64,000 bases of DNA from Leucoraja ocellata (Eukaryota): NCBI GenBank assembly GCA_036785375.1, contig JAWMAR010000346.1, positions 248,001 through 312,000 on the forward strand, in the 5' to 3' direction. This document shows, one piece after another, positions 50,140 through 61,292 of the stretch. The notes under the pieces are model-generated. The model was not told the DNA's origin. It made no database searches and saw only the letters and a list, made by a program, of their open reading frames with translations. The stretch's first letter is position 1; every line of letters starts with the position of its first letter. A program made the position numbers and the translations under genes.

Positions 50140-50614
50140 TAGACATAGACATAGAAATTAGGTGCAGGAGTAGGCCATTTGGCCCTTCGAGCCTGCAATT
50201 CAATATGATCATGGCTGATCATCCAACTCAGTATCCCGTACCTGCCTTCTCTCCATACCCTCTGATCCCCTTAGCCACAAGGACCTCATCTAACTCCCTC
50301 TTAAATATAGCCAATGAACTGGCCTCAACCACCCTCTGTGGCAGAGAGTTCCAGAGATTCACCACTCTCTGTGTGAAAAAAGTTCTTCTCATCTCGGTTT
50401 TAAAGGATTTCCCCCTTATCCTTAAGCTGTGACCCCTTGTCCTGGACTTCCCCAACATCGAGAGCAATCTTCCTGCATCTAGCCTGTCCAACCCCTTAAG
50501 AATTCTGTAAGTTCCTATAAGATCCCCCCTCAATCTCCTAAATTCTAGAGAGTACAAGCTGAGTCTATCCAGTCTTTCTTCATAAGACAGTCCTGACATC
50601 CCAGGAATCAGTCT
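50140..50614 (-). mobile_element. Young CR1 3' end, same subfamily as 8983-10098
   Basis: ORF 50228..50629 is nearly identical to the C-terminus of ORF 9086..9820. Confidence 0.95.
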
Positions 50615-50802
50615 GCCTAAAGTGTCCATTGCCTAAACTGCACTTGCCTAAAGTGTCCATTCCTTCTTATATCTTACATATCGACACGCGGACCATTCTG
50701 CCCATCGGGTCTACGTCAGCTTCCAGTGGAGAAAATCTATTAGTTCCATTTCCCTCCTCATTTCTCTGCCTGTTCATGCCGAACATCTTCTCTTAGATTA
50801 AA

Positions 50803-50960
50803 TGTGTAGGAAGGAACTGCAGATGCTGATTTACTCTGAAGATAGACACAAAATGCTGGAGTAACTCAGCGGGACAGGGACTTAATGGGCGACGTCACCT
50901 ATTCCTTCTCTCCAGAGATGCTGCTTGTCCCGCTGAGTTTGTCCAGCATTTTGGGTCTAT
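50803..50960. mobile_element. Fold-back PLE-tail insertion, subfamily A
   Basis: Inverted arms with imperfect TSD tcttctcttNgattaa. Confidence 0.72.
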
Positions 50961-51807
50961 CTTCTCTTTGATTAATTTTGTCTTTAACCGACACTAAGTG
51001 GTAATTTACAGCCACCATCTAACCTTGCAGCACATCTTTAGGAAGTGGGAAGAAGCTGGGGTACTAGAAGGGAAACACACACGGTCACAGAGAGAATGTG
51101 AAAACATTGCACACACAGCACCAACGGCCAGACTTGAACTCAGAACCCGGAGCAGTGAGGTAGCCACTTTGACAGTATCCACAGTTAGAATCAAACTAAG
51201 GTACCTGGAGCTCTGTGGCTATGCTGTCAGTCGTCCTACAGTTGAATCGTGTCGTTCCTGCTATCTCATTACATAACGTTTCACATCTAACCTTAATTTA
51301 CTGCAGTCACATGAGAACACAGCTTCATATTGACAGAATTGAGCACAATGTGATTTTTCCGCTGTTTGTGCCTCCTTTGGGCTTCCTAATGCTGACCCGA
51401 TAGAGATCAACTAATTTGACAACAGCTTGGTTCCAACCAAATTCCATTCTGAGCCGTGTATCCGAGTGCAGACTTAATCAGAACAGTGAGTTTCCATTTA
51501 CAAACTCTGTTTCACTGTCATGATGAGGAACGATGGAGATTGATTCTCTCATTCATAGCATTCAGTTCATTCCAGATATTTCCAAAACACACACATGTAC
51601 CAATAAAAATTATACCACTTAAGTGGTGAAGATGGATTTTAAGTACACAAATTGTATGGAATTATCTGCTACATGCGGCAGCTTTATCGGAAACTATTCT
51701 GCTTTTATTGAGAGAATGGTCCCTAATTTACAGATCTTCCATTGATTGATGAGATTGATTCTGTGTAAATTGTCTATTGGTTTATAGTGTGCTGTTTGGT
51801 GATAAAC

Positions 51808-52245
51808 ATAGAATATGAATAGGCCCATCAGCCACGATATCTGTGCCGAACACGGTGTTTACTTGAAGTAATTTACTATGCTTGCACGTTTATCCATATC
51901 TCTACAAACCTGCATATTCATGAAAACTTCTTAAATGCCATTATCGTATCTGCTTCCAACCTCACCACAGGCAGCATGCTCCAGGCACATACAACTCTAT
52001 ACAATAAACTAACTCAGCACATCTCTTTGAAATGTTCTCTCTCTCACCTTATCGCTAGGCCCTCTAACACTTGACATTTCCACCCTGGGAAAAAGGTTCT
52101 GATTGTCTACCATATCAATACTTCTCTTAATATTATAAACTTCAATCAGCTTTGCCCTCCGCCTCCAATACTCCAGAGAAAATAATCAATGCTTCTTTAT
52201 CCTCTCTTTATAGCCAAAACTCTAATCCAGGCAGCATCCTTGTAA
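51808..52245 (-). mobile_element. Old CR1 3' end
   Basis: Decayed CR1 3' UTR and RT C-terminus. Confidence 0.65.
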
Positions 52246-52559
52246 CTCCACTCCAATTCCAACTCATGGGCTGGGCCCAGATTGGAATATATATCCTAAA
52301 TTTATGAGCAGTAAATTCTATGTTTCAAACTATTACCAATTTCATTCATGTTCCACCATGCAGTATTGTTGCCTGAAGTATTTATCATTCTGCTACTTAA
52401 CGTTCGCGATCAACATTGGAGATTGTTGCATTTCAGGTGTTAGATTTATTTGACCTTGCTTTTAACTCTTTTGTATTGAGGCTGGATAAAATGGTTTGTG
52501 TGTTCCTGTGACCACCCCTTTTGTAAGATGAGTTCACCTGCAGGATTACTCAAGTTAAA

Positions 52560-52930
52560 NNNNNNNNNNNNNNNNNNNNNNNNNNNNNNNNNNNNNNNNN
52601 NNNNNNNNNNNNNNNNNNNNNNNNNNNNNNNNNNNNNNNNNNNNNNNNNNNNNNNNNNNNNNNNNNNNNNNNNNNNNNNNNNNNNNNNNNNNNNNNNNNN
52701 NNNNNNNNNNNNNNNNNNNNNNNNNNNNNNNNNNNNNNNNNNNNNNNNNNNNNNNNNNNNNNNNNNNNNNNNNNNNNNNNNNNNNNNNNNNNNNNNNNNN
52801 NNNNNNNNNNNNNNNNNNNNNNNNNNNNNNNNNNNNNNNNNNNNNNNNNNNNNNNNNNNNNNNNNNNNNNNNNNNNNNNNNNNNNNNNNNNNNNNNNNNN
52901 NNNNNNNNNNNNNNNNNNNNNNNNNNNNNN
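52560..52930. other. Assembly gap (371 N)
   Basis: Run of N. Confidence 1.
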
Positions 52931-53072
52931 GTGTGCGCGCGAGTGTGTGTGTGTCTATGTGCGTGTGTGTGTGCATGAGTGTGGCCATGTGTGTGTGTGC
53001 GTGCATGTGTGTGTGTGCGTGCGTGAGTGTGTGTATGTGTTCGTGTGTGTGTTCGTGTGTGCGTGTGTGCGT
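52931..53072. repeat. Imperfect (GT)n microsatellite abutting an assembly gap
   Basis: Directly visible. Confidence 0.95.
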
Positions 53073-53844
53073 ATATCGGCACATTTTGTCTACCAGAAAA
53101 GCACTGGGTAGGGGACTATCTACAGATTATAACTAAAAAACAAATACTAGCCAATGCCTCACTCCAGTCCAATACAATTACTGCCAGTTCTGCACAATGT
53201 GGATTTAATATGGAATATTACAGACAAATTCACCTTGCACGAGCAGGTCATAAAAATACACAAATCATTTTACATTGCCCACAAGGGAGTTAAGACGGAC
53301 ATTAAAGAGACTTCCTACTGCAGCAGCAGTGAGATAATGATAAGTCAGTGTATATCATGGAGCAATTTAAACCTTGATGATAGAATAAAGACTTATTAAT
53401 CAAAGATATTGATTCCCACCAGCCAATGAGCTGGAGGCAGGGCAGAACATGGCCTTTACAACAAAGTGGCTGTTGAGCAGAAAAGCATAAGCAGTCATCT
53501 CCCCCAAAACGTGAACACAGTGAAGGGCAGTTATTATAAACTTCAACCATAGTGCTGTGTGGTCGGCAAGCCTGATGGACAAGGCTATTATTAAAGCCTC
53601 ATCTCTCTGCTTGGTGATAATGTTGTCAGTGTATCCATCTTCATTATACTTGTGACTTAACTGTAGGATGCAAAGTGATGCAAGCTTCCACAGCAGGGAT
53701 TCTTTGGGATCGGTGGGTGAACGTGGGTAAGAAAAAGATTCAGACTGGCAACATCTATCCTCATCGCACAAGGTTGAAGGAAGGTCAACATTTATTTCTC
53801 TATCTGATGCACAGAGTCTCTTGCCCAGAGTAGGTGAATCGAGG

Positions 53845-54125
53845 ACCAGAGGACATAGGTTTAAGGTGAATGGGAAAGATTTAAAATGAATTTGAGCGGT
53901 AACTTTTTCACACACAGGGCGGTGGGTGTATGGAACAAGCTGCCAGAGGAGGTAGTTGAGGCAGGGACTGCCCAACATTTAAGAAACAGTTGGACAGGTA
54001 CATGGATAGGGCAGGTTTGGAGGGATATGGGCCAAATGTCGGTAGGTGGGACTGGTGTAGCAGGAAAATTGTTGGCCGGTGTGGGAAGTTGGGCCGAAGG
54101 GCCTGTTTCCACACTGTATCACACT
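53845..54125 (+). mobile_element. CR1 3' end
   Basis: NFFTHRAVGVWNKLPEEVVEAG and tail gggccgaagggcctgtttcc. Confidence 0.85.
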
Positions 54126-54857
54126 ATAACTCTATCTCTATTACAGTGGCAAGTCTAGAATTGTCTGTGACAGTAAATAGCATACAAATAGCTAAAGGCA
54201 GACAGATATTCCTAGCCAACACAAGAACACTTATGCCTTCAATATACGTGTGCTGCTTACACAAGATACTGTAAACCAATTAGTTAATCCATACCACACA
54301 AGGCTGAGTTTCAATTGTGTTACATTCAGCCATGTAAAAATAATTTAGCAACTGATTGAATAGTTTTTACAGCAAGGTTCAATTTGTTCATACAAAGAGC
54401 TTGTACACAGCATACAAAATCCAATCTCAAGTGTGTTTTACTTCATTCAAAATGAAGAAAATAAAATCACTCACTCGCAACTGAACTCTCACCCATTTTA
54501 ATACAGGTAGTGCCTTTTCAACTCCCACTATGACCTCTTCCTTCCTCTCCCGCCCTAATTATTGTAGCCTCCTCAATTATTCAACAAGATATCTGCATTC
54601 CTCCATTTCTGCCAGATTGAAATGGTTAATCACTGCAAATATATCTGTAACAGTCTTGGCCCAAAACACAGGGACTCTCTCGGCTCGAAAACACTTCCCC
54701 TGTAAAATGTAATCCTTTAGTCTGAAGAAGACTCTCAACCCGAAACATCACCCTCTCTCCACAGATGCTGCCAGGCCTGCCAGTTTACTCCAGCATTTTG
54801 TGTCTATTTTTAACCAAGATTTTGTTAATTTGCCTAAAAACAACTTTTGGAGCACTC

Positions 54858-55640
54858 AGACAATGGACAATAGACAAAAGGTGCAGGAGTAGGCCATTCG
54901 GCCCTTCGAGCCAGCAGCGCCATTGACCTCCACTGCCTTCTGAGGCAGAAAATTTCACAGATTCACAACTCACTGTGTGAAAAAGTTATTCTTCATCTCC
55001 GTTCTAAATTGCTTATCCCTTATTCGTAAACTGTGGCCCCTAGTTCTGGACTCCCCCAACATCAGAACATGTTTCCTGCATCTACCCTGCAAACCATTAA
55101 TAATCTTATATGTTTCAAAAAGATACCCTCTCATCCTTCTAAAATCCAGCCACTCCATTCTATCAACATATGACAGTCCCGCCATCCCGGGAATTAACCC
55201 TGTGACCCTGCGCTGTACTCATTCAATAGCAAAAATGTCCTTCCTTAAACTTGGACACCAAAACTGTACACAATACTCCAGGTGTGGTCTCACTAGGGTC
55301 CTGTACAACTGCAGAAGGAATTCTTTGCTCTTATACTCAACTCCTCTTGTTAGAAAAGCCAACATGCCATTCGCTTTCTTCACTGCCTGCTGTACCTGCA
55401 TGCTTACTTTCAGTGACTGATGAACAAGGACCCCCCAAATCTCGTTGTACTTCGCCTTTTCCCAACTTGGCATTCAGATATTAATCTGCCTTCATGTTTT
55501 TGCCACCAAAGCGGATAACCTCACATTTCATCTGCCATGCATTTGCCCACTCACCCAACCTGTCCAAGTCACTCTGCATCCTCATAGCATCCTCCTCACA
55601 GTTCACACTGCCAGCTTTGCGTCATCTTCAAATTTGCTAA
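54858..55640 (-). mobile_element. CR1 3' fragment
   Basis: ORFs 55219..55473 and 54970..55185 are CR1 RT C-terminal. Confidence 0.92.
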
Positions 55641-55854
55641 TCAAATGCTTTCTGAAAGCTTGGGACATCTCATTGCGTATCCTCAACCAATGCACATTGA
55701 TGATGTGGAATCCCGTACATGGATTTGCTCATGTCCTCAAGCCATAGTATTGTTCAATCAGATATTATGCACTCAAACATGTGCAACATACATTAGTGAT
55801 TACAGCAGTGATCAATGATACTCAACCAAGACGGTTCATAAATGTCCATGGCCA

Positions 55855-56020
55855 GAGTGAGCACCACCTGTAATTGGAGGAGCAGCACCTCATATTCCGC
55901 TTGGGCAGTCTGCACCCTAGCGGCATAAACATTGAATTCTCCAATTTCCGGTAGCCCTTGCTGTCTCGTCTCCTCTCCTTCTCAGCTCTCCCTCAGCCCT
56001 TGGGCTCATCCACTTCCTTT
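55855..56020 (+). mobile_element. PLE GIY-YIG C-terminal fragment
   Basis: LEEQHLIFRLGSLHPSGINIEFSNFR*. Confidence 0.75.
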
Positions 56021-57174
56021 TTCCTTCTTAAATACAAAACGCTAATTGTTTCTCTTTCCACACCTGCTGCCCAAGTGGTGACGTTTCTCCAATACGTTTC
56101 TCCATGTTTTCTATCAGATTTCCAGCACCAGAATTGTTTTTAAACTTCCATTTTAAGTAGGTGTATAGAACAAGCTGCTGGAGGAAGTAGCTGGGCCAGA
56201 GACCATCATAATGTTTGAGAAACATTCAGACAGGTACATGGATAGATAGGTTTAGAGGGATCTAGGCCAAATGCAGGCAGTTGGGACCAATGTAGATGGG
56301 GCATGGTGGCAGGAGGAAGTTGGGCTGAAGGGCCTGCTTCCACGATGTATGACTCTTTGACTCTGACCGTCCTTGTTATCTTTCCTGTTCGTCACCAGTG
56401 TTACAGTCCAATGCCGCTCTGATCCACGTAACTCTTCACTTTGTGCATAATAGGAAAAGAGCTGCAGGGGATACAACTAATTTACAGATGCCTTTCCGCT
56501 TTAATTCTCAGTGCATCTGTTTTTTTGTGTTATAACTCGTTCCATATCATCAGTCAAAAATGGTTTCACACCCCATAAAAAAACAATCCAACTCTGTGGC
56601 CTCAAATGCTTTCCATCTTCCAGTCTACAGACAAATTAATGTGACCAGCACCAGTCATATCTTGGACCAGGGCCACAGAATGGACAATAATGGAACAAAA
56701 CCTTTTTAAAAATCCTTATTATTCTTCCAACTACGCAACCACAGTTTAATCTTAGCCAATGACTAAGGTGTCAATTCGCAATTCACAACTCACTACGAAC
56801 ATGACCGCAGAGAACAGGAAGTTTGCAGGTTCCTTTCACAGTTCTGGCCAAAATTTACTGACTATTACTTGGATGGCAAAATATGCTGGGGTAACGGTTT
56901 CTCATTATTTTGTGCCTTTGCCTGGTTACTTTACAGCTCATCACCCAAAATACAAGATCACCCCCCTGACCCAATTCACCAGTTGAGTGTCTGGCTGACA
57001 CTCGATAAAAGTCAGTACGATTTTGCCAAATGCTAAATAGAATTTAGGAATTGTTGATGCTGTGCGGTGGAGAGCAGTGGCCAGTGGCATCGGGAAACCT
57101 TACTTAACTCCAAAGAAACACACAAGAAAAGAAACCACCTTCACTCAGGGAAGTGGTGACCATCGATTCAGGGA

Positions 57175-57840
57175 TATACAGCACAGAAACAGGCTCTCAT
57201 GGCCCACCTCGTTGGGATGCCTTTTAATACTAATTCCACTTGCCCACATTAGACCTGTATTCCTCACCACCATTCATACCCATGTACTTATCCAAATGCC
57301 TTTCAGATGCTTTAATAGTATCCGTCTCCACGCCTTCTCTGCATTTCTGCAACAAATGCATTTCGTTGTCTCTGTACTGTACACTGACAATGACAATTAA
57401 AATTGAATCTGAATCTGAATCTGAATCTTCTCCCAGCAACAGAAACCAAATATTCACCAACCTCCGTGCGGAATAAACGTACCCCTTCGATCTCCTATAC
57501 ATTTCTCCCCTTTCACCTTAAACTTGTGCCATCTAGTTCTGAACTCCTCTGCACTGGGAAAACAATTCTGCCTACGTATCTATCTATGTCCCCCATAATT
57601 TTGTAAACCACATTCAAACCACTCCTCAATAACTCTGAATAAACTCAGCCGATCGAGTCTCCATAGCTGCAGCCCACCATTCCAGCCAACATCTCTTTGT
57701 ACTTTCCTTTTGCTACCACATCCTTCCTGGCATGTGGCGACCAGAACTATGCACGATATTTTAAGTACGGTGTAACCAATGTTTTGACCAACTGCAACAT
57801 GACGCCAAACTCTTATGCCCGATGCCACAGCCTGTCAATG
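57175..57840 (-). mobile_element. Old CR1 3' fragment with nested Rex1-type tail (57352-57427, + strand)
   Basis: CR1 remnants. The nested aaatgcatttcgttgtc...(ctgaat)n is identical to the tail at 43358-43430. Confidence 0.72.
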
Positions 57841-57929
57841 CAAACATTCGTAGTGTTCTTCAAGAGGCTAAAAATGGTTCGGGTCAAGACCTTTCTTCAG
57901 ACCAGCATCTGCAGTTCTTTCCTACAAAG

Positions 57930-58912
57930 CAGGAACGCGTCCCCTGGTTGCAGGTGGGTGTAGTGGGGGGCTGGTGGGGGGGGGGGGGGGGGGAAGCGGC
58001 CTGCAGCTGGGGGAGAGGGATAGCTTCAGGCGGGGTCTGTCAGGGGCCGAGGGGGGAGGGGGGAAGCGTCCTGCAGCCAGGGCAGGGCAGGCTTCTGGCG
58101 GGGACTGTAGAGTGTCGCAAGGCAGGACGGGTCACCCCTGGAGGGAGGGCCTCTCCAGCGCTCACGGTGAATGACGAGTGGTGGTGGCTGCCGGCGCCCG
58201 AAGCCCTGCGGCCGCACGCTACACGGTAGGGAGGGTGGTGCCACGGGCCGAGGCCAGGGACTGGGCCTGGGCTGGAGCTGGAGTGAGGGCCGAGCCCGAG
58301 GCTTGGGATAGGGCCGTGACCGAGGCTGAGAAAGAAACCGCTGCCGGAACCAAGGACGAGCCTGCATCCTGGGTCGGGGACGAGTCTTGAGATGAAGTCG
58401 GGGCCTGGACTGGGCTGGGCGAGCCTGGTGCTGGAGTTGGCGCAAGGGCCGAGCACGAGGCTTGGGATGGGGCCGTGACTGAGGCTGAGAAAGAAGCCGC
58501 CGCTGGGTCTGAGGCCAAGGACGAGCTCGGAGATGAAGTCGGGGCCTGCACTGGAGTCCAGGTGGCGGCCGAGCTGATGGCTGGAGTCTACAGCCAGGGC
58601 CAGGCTGTGTACATAAACCAGGCCAAGTTCTCGGCCCTGGGGCTGCTCTACTACCTGGGTAGATGCTGGGGCAGAGAATGGGAGTGGGGAGAGGAGGATG
58701 AGGGAAATGAGGAGGAGGGAGATGGGGTGGTAGAGGGACATGGAGGGTAGTGGAGGAGGGAGATGGGGGTGGAGGAGGGAGATGGGGAATATTGGAATAT
58801 AGCATTGGGGGAAACGGGTGAGTGGTGGAATATTGCGTTGGGGAACAGGTTGTGTTGGGGGGGGACCAGGCCTCCTGTGTGACAGGGACCCAATGGGTCC
58901 CACTTAGTCTAG
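57930..58912 (+). mobile_element. Probable non-autonomous Helitron, GC-rich
   Basis: 3' signature GGGACCC-aat-GGGTCCC hairpin (58885-58901), 7 nt, then CTAG (58909-58912) followed by T. Abrupt GC shift. 5' end not defined. Confidence 0.65.
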
Positions 58913-60185
58913 TATATATATAAATGTGAGTATGTGTGTATATATACCCACACTGAACTTTTTTTCCTCGTTTAGTACATTGTTTACAGTGTACTATGTT
59001 GCCTTATGCTGTTCCTGTGTGCTGCTGCAAGAATTTCATTGTTCTACCTGCGACATATGACACTAAAACACTCTTGACTCTTCCACAGAGGCTGAGTTTT
59101 TCCACCATTTTCTATTATACTTAGGATTTCCAACATCTGCAGTTTTTGTTCCAGTTGCGTGAGCTCTGCCTTGAAGCAATACATTGCACAGGAAATATAT
59201 TACGACTACAAATCTGATATGGAAGTGGGAGGGAGGGCAGCTGAAATAATCACATTTAACAGCTCCATACGGCAGTACTTGCATTATGCTGATGTCATGC
59301 AGCAACAATGAGGAGCAACCAACACTGTCTCCTTTTCATTAGTTCAGTTCAAGTCTCGTTCTGTGGTGGAAGTAGCATTAACTAGAACCATATGGTTGTT
59401 TTCACAGATTGTGCTGCAAGTTTTATTTGGTCAGAAGAATGATGGAAACATTGATGAATGTCGACGACACACCCTTTTTGTCTTGTTGTTTAGGCATCTT
59501 TCTCCACGGCAACCATAACCCGCAGGTCACAAGGCAGTTGAAGCCAGCTCAAAAACAGCTTTTCATGTGTATATCTTTCATTCTCAATTGCTTCAAGAGA
59601 ATGAACATGGTGCAATACGTTATCCCAAAACTTCACTGTGGGAAGACAGATGTGCCAACAACATAGTACTGAATCAACAGCTTTTGTCAGCATAAGTGGA
59701 AATACTCTGGGGGAAGAGTACCTGTGAAAACATTTCAGTTTTTTTATCGACTTGTGGACAGACGAATGTGGCAGATGATGGATCTCGCTGGAAGAAAAGT
59801 ACATTGACGGAATATAATAAATAAAAGGCAAAAAGTTTTTTTTGAAAATAGTTTCGCGGAATGTTCATAAAAATAGAGATAGACAGAAAAATCTGTTCTT
59901 GTACAAGAGGCTTTGAATAGTAACATCACTATCTGACTTCTGGTGGAAAACAATCATTTTATCAAAGTTATTTTAAGCATGGGATGCTTAGCTAAAAATG
60001 TGCCAACTTCAAAGGAACTTTGTAAAGGAATCTCCTTGGAATTTTCAGATAGTCGTGCATTCCATTGGCAGTATATAAAAGATGTGTGGGAAGGAACTGC
60101 AGATGCTGGTTTAAACCGAAGGCAGACACAAAATGCTGCAGTAACTCAGCGGGACAGGTAGCATCTCTGGAGAGAAGGAATAGGT

Positions 60186-60213
60186 GACGTTTCGGGTCGA
60201 GACCCTTCTTCAG
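60186..60213 (-). ncRNA. Minimal hammerhead ribozyme core, subfamily A, sense to GAS7 pre-mRNA
   Basis: Reverse complement is CTGAAGAAGGGTCTCGACCCGAAACGTC, within the PLE tail copy at about 60083-60235. Confidence 0.68.
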
Positions 60214-60283
60214 ACTGAAACGTCACCTATTCTCCAGGGATGCAGCATATAAAAGAGTTAGACATGTTACACTTTATCCTTGA

Positions 60284-60545
60284 GGTGGAACAGCAGTGCA
60301 GCTGGTAGAGCTGTTGCCTCACACCCTGTGACGCAGGTTCGATTCTGACCTCAGGTGTTGCATAGAGTTTGCATGTTCTTCCAGGTGCTCTGGTTTCCCG
60401 CCACGTCCCAAAGACTTGCGGGTTGGTAGGTTCATTGGCCACTATAAATTGCTTCTAGTGTGTGGGTGGGGGGTGTCTGTCTAAAAAATTGGATCATGAT
60501 GGTCGACATGAACTCAGTGGGCCGAAGGGCCTGTTTCCATGCTAT
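60284..60545 (+). mobile_element. HE1-like SINE
   Basis: B box ggttcgattc, V domain, tail gggccgaagggcctgtttcc. Confidence 0.78.
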
Positions 60546-61011
60546 ACAATTATGATACTTCATGACAGATTATCCAGAACAATGAAAAATTATAATAATC
60601 AGTGGTTGTTTTGCTAGGGAAATGGTCAGAAAATCCGTGATGATTAGTAAACCTCTGCAGATTGTGGAAATGGAAGACAGTAGAATTTACTAGAAACAGT
60701 CAGACGAAGGATCTGTGACCTGAAACATTGACCTGTTTCTCATCCCATAGATGTGGCTGACTTGCTGAGTACAGCCAGCATTTTCTATTTTCCATCAAAA
60801 AGACTTCTCATGAAGGTCCTCCAGTGTCATGGCGTAGGGAGTTGGGTCTAGAAATTGGATCATATGAGCGAGTGTGCCAGGCACGTTAGGAGTACTACAT
60901 GTGTAGGAGGGAACTGCAGATGCGGGTTAAACTGATATAGACACAAAAAGCTGGAATAAATTAGTGAGTATGGCAACATCTCTGGAGAAAAGGAATAGGT
61001 GACGTTTAAGG

Positions 61012-61292
61012 CAGTGGTTCCCAACCTTTTTTTGGCCATTCCCCACCTAATCACCTCTAAAATCCTGATGCCCCCCCCCCCCCCCCCATGTGGTGATATA
61101 TAATTCTTAAATAAAAAATTATTTACTCAAAATAACATCTGAAACATAAACTACATATGTTTACCTGATGGAAAATCCCAAAAAATAAAAATCGAAAATT
61201 TGGACCCAGACCTCCTCAGTCACGCTCAATTGCCCCCCTTAAAAATCAAATTGCCCTCCTGTGGGGCGTACGCCCCACGTTGGGAACCACTG
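61012..61292. mobile_element. hAT (Charlie-like) MITE inserted into a PLE fold-back copy
   Basis: TIRs cagtggttcccaac / gttgggaaccactg. 8-bp TSD gtttaagg / gttcaggg. Confidence 0.88.

Noticed and set aside
50612-50662. Short repeats tgcctaaagtgtccatt at the CR1 5' junction
   Set aside because: Consistent with junction repair duplication at a truncated LINE. No further structure.
52446-53136. 212-aa ORFs with HT/CV repeats
   Set aside because: They run through an N gap and a GT microsatellite.
58026-58903. Long Pro/Ser/Arg-rich ORFs (259 and 287 aa)
   Set aside because: By-products of GC-rich low-complexity sequence inside the Helitron-like element. No splice or homology support.
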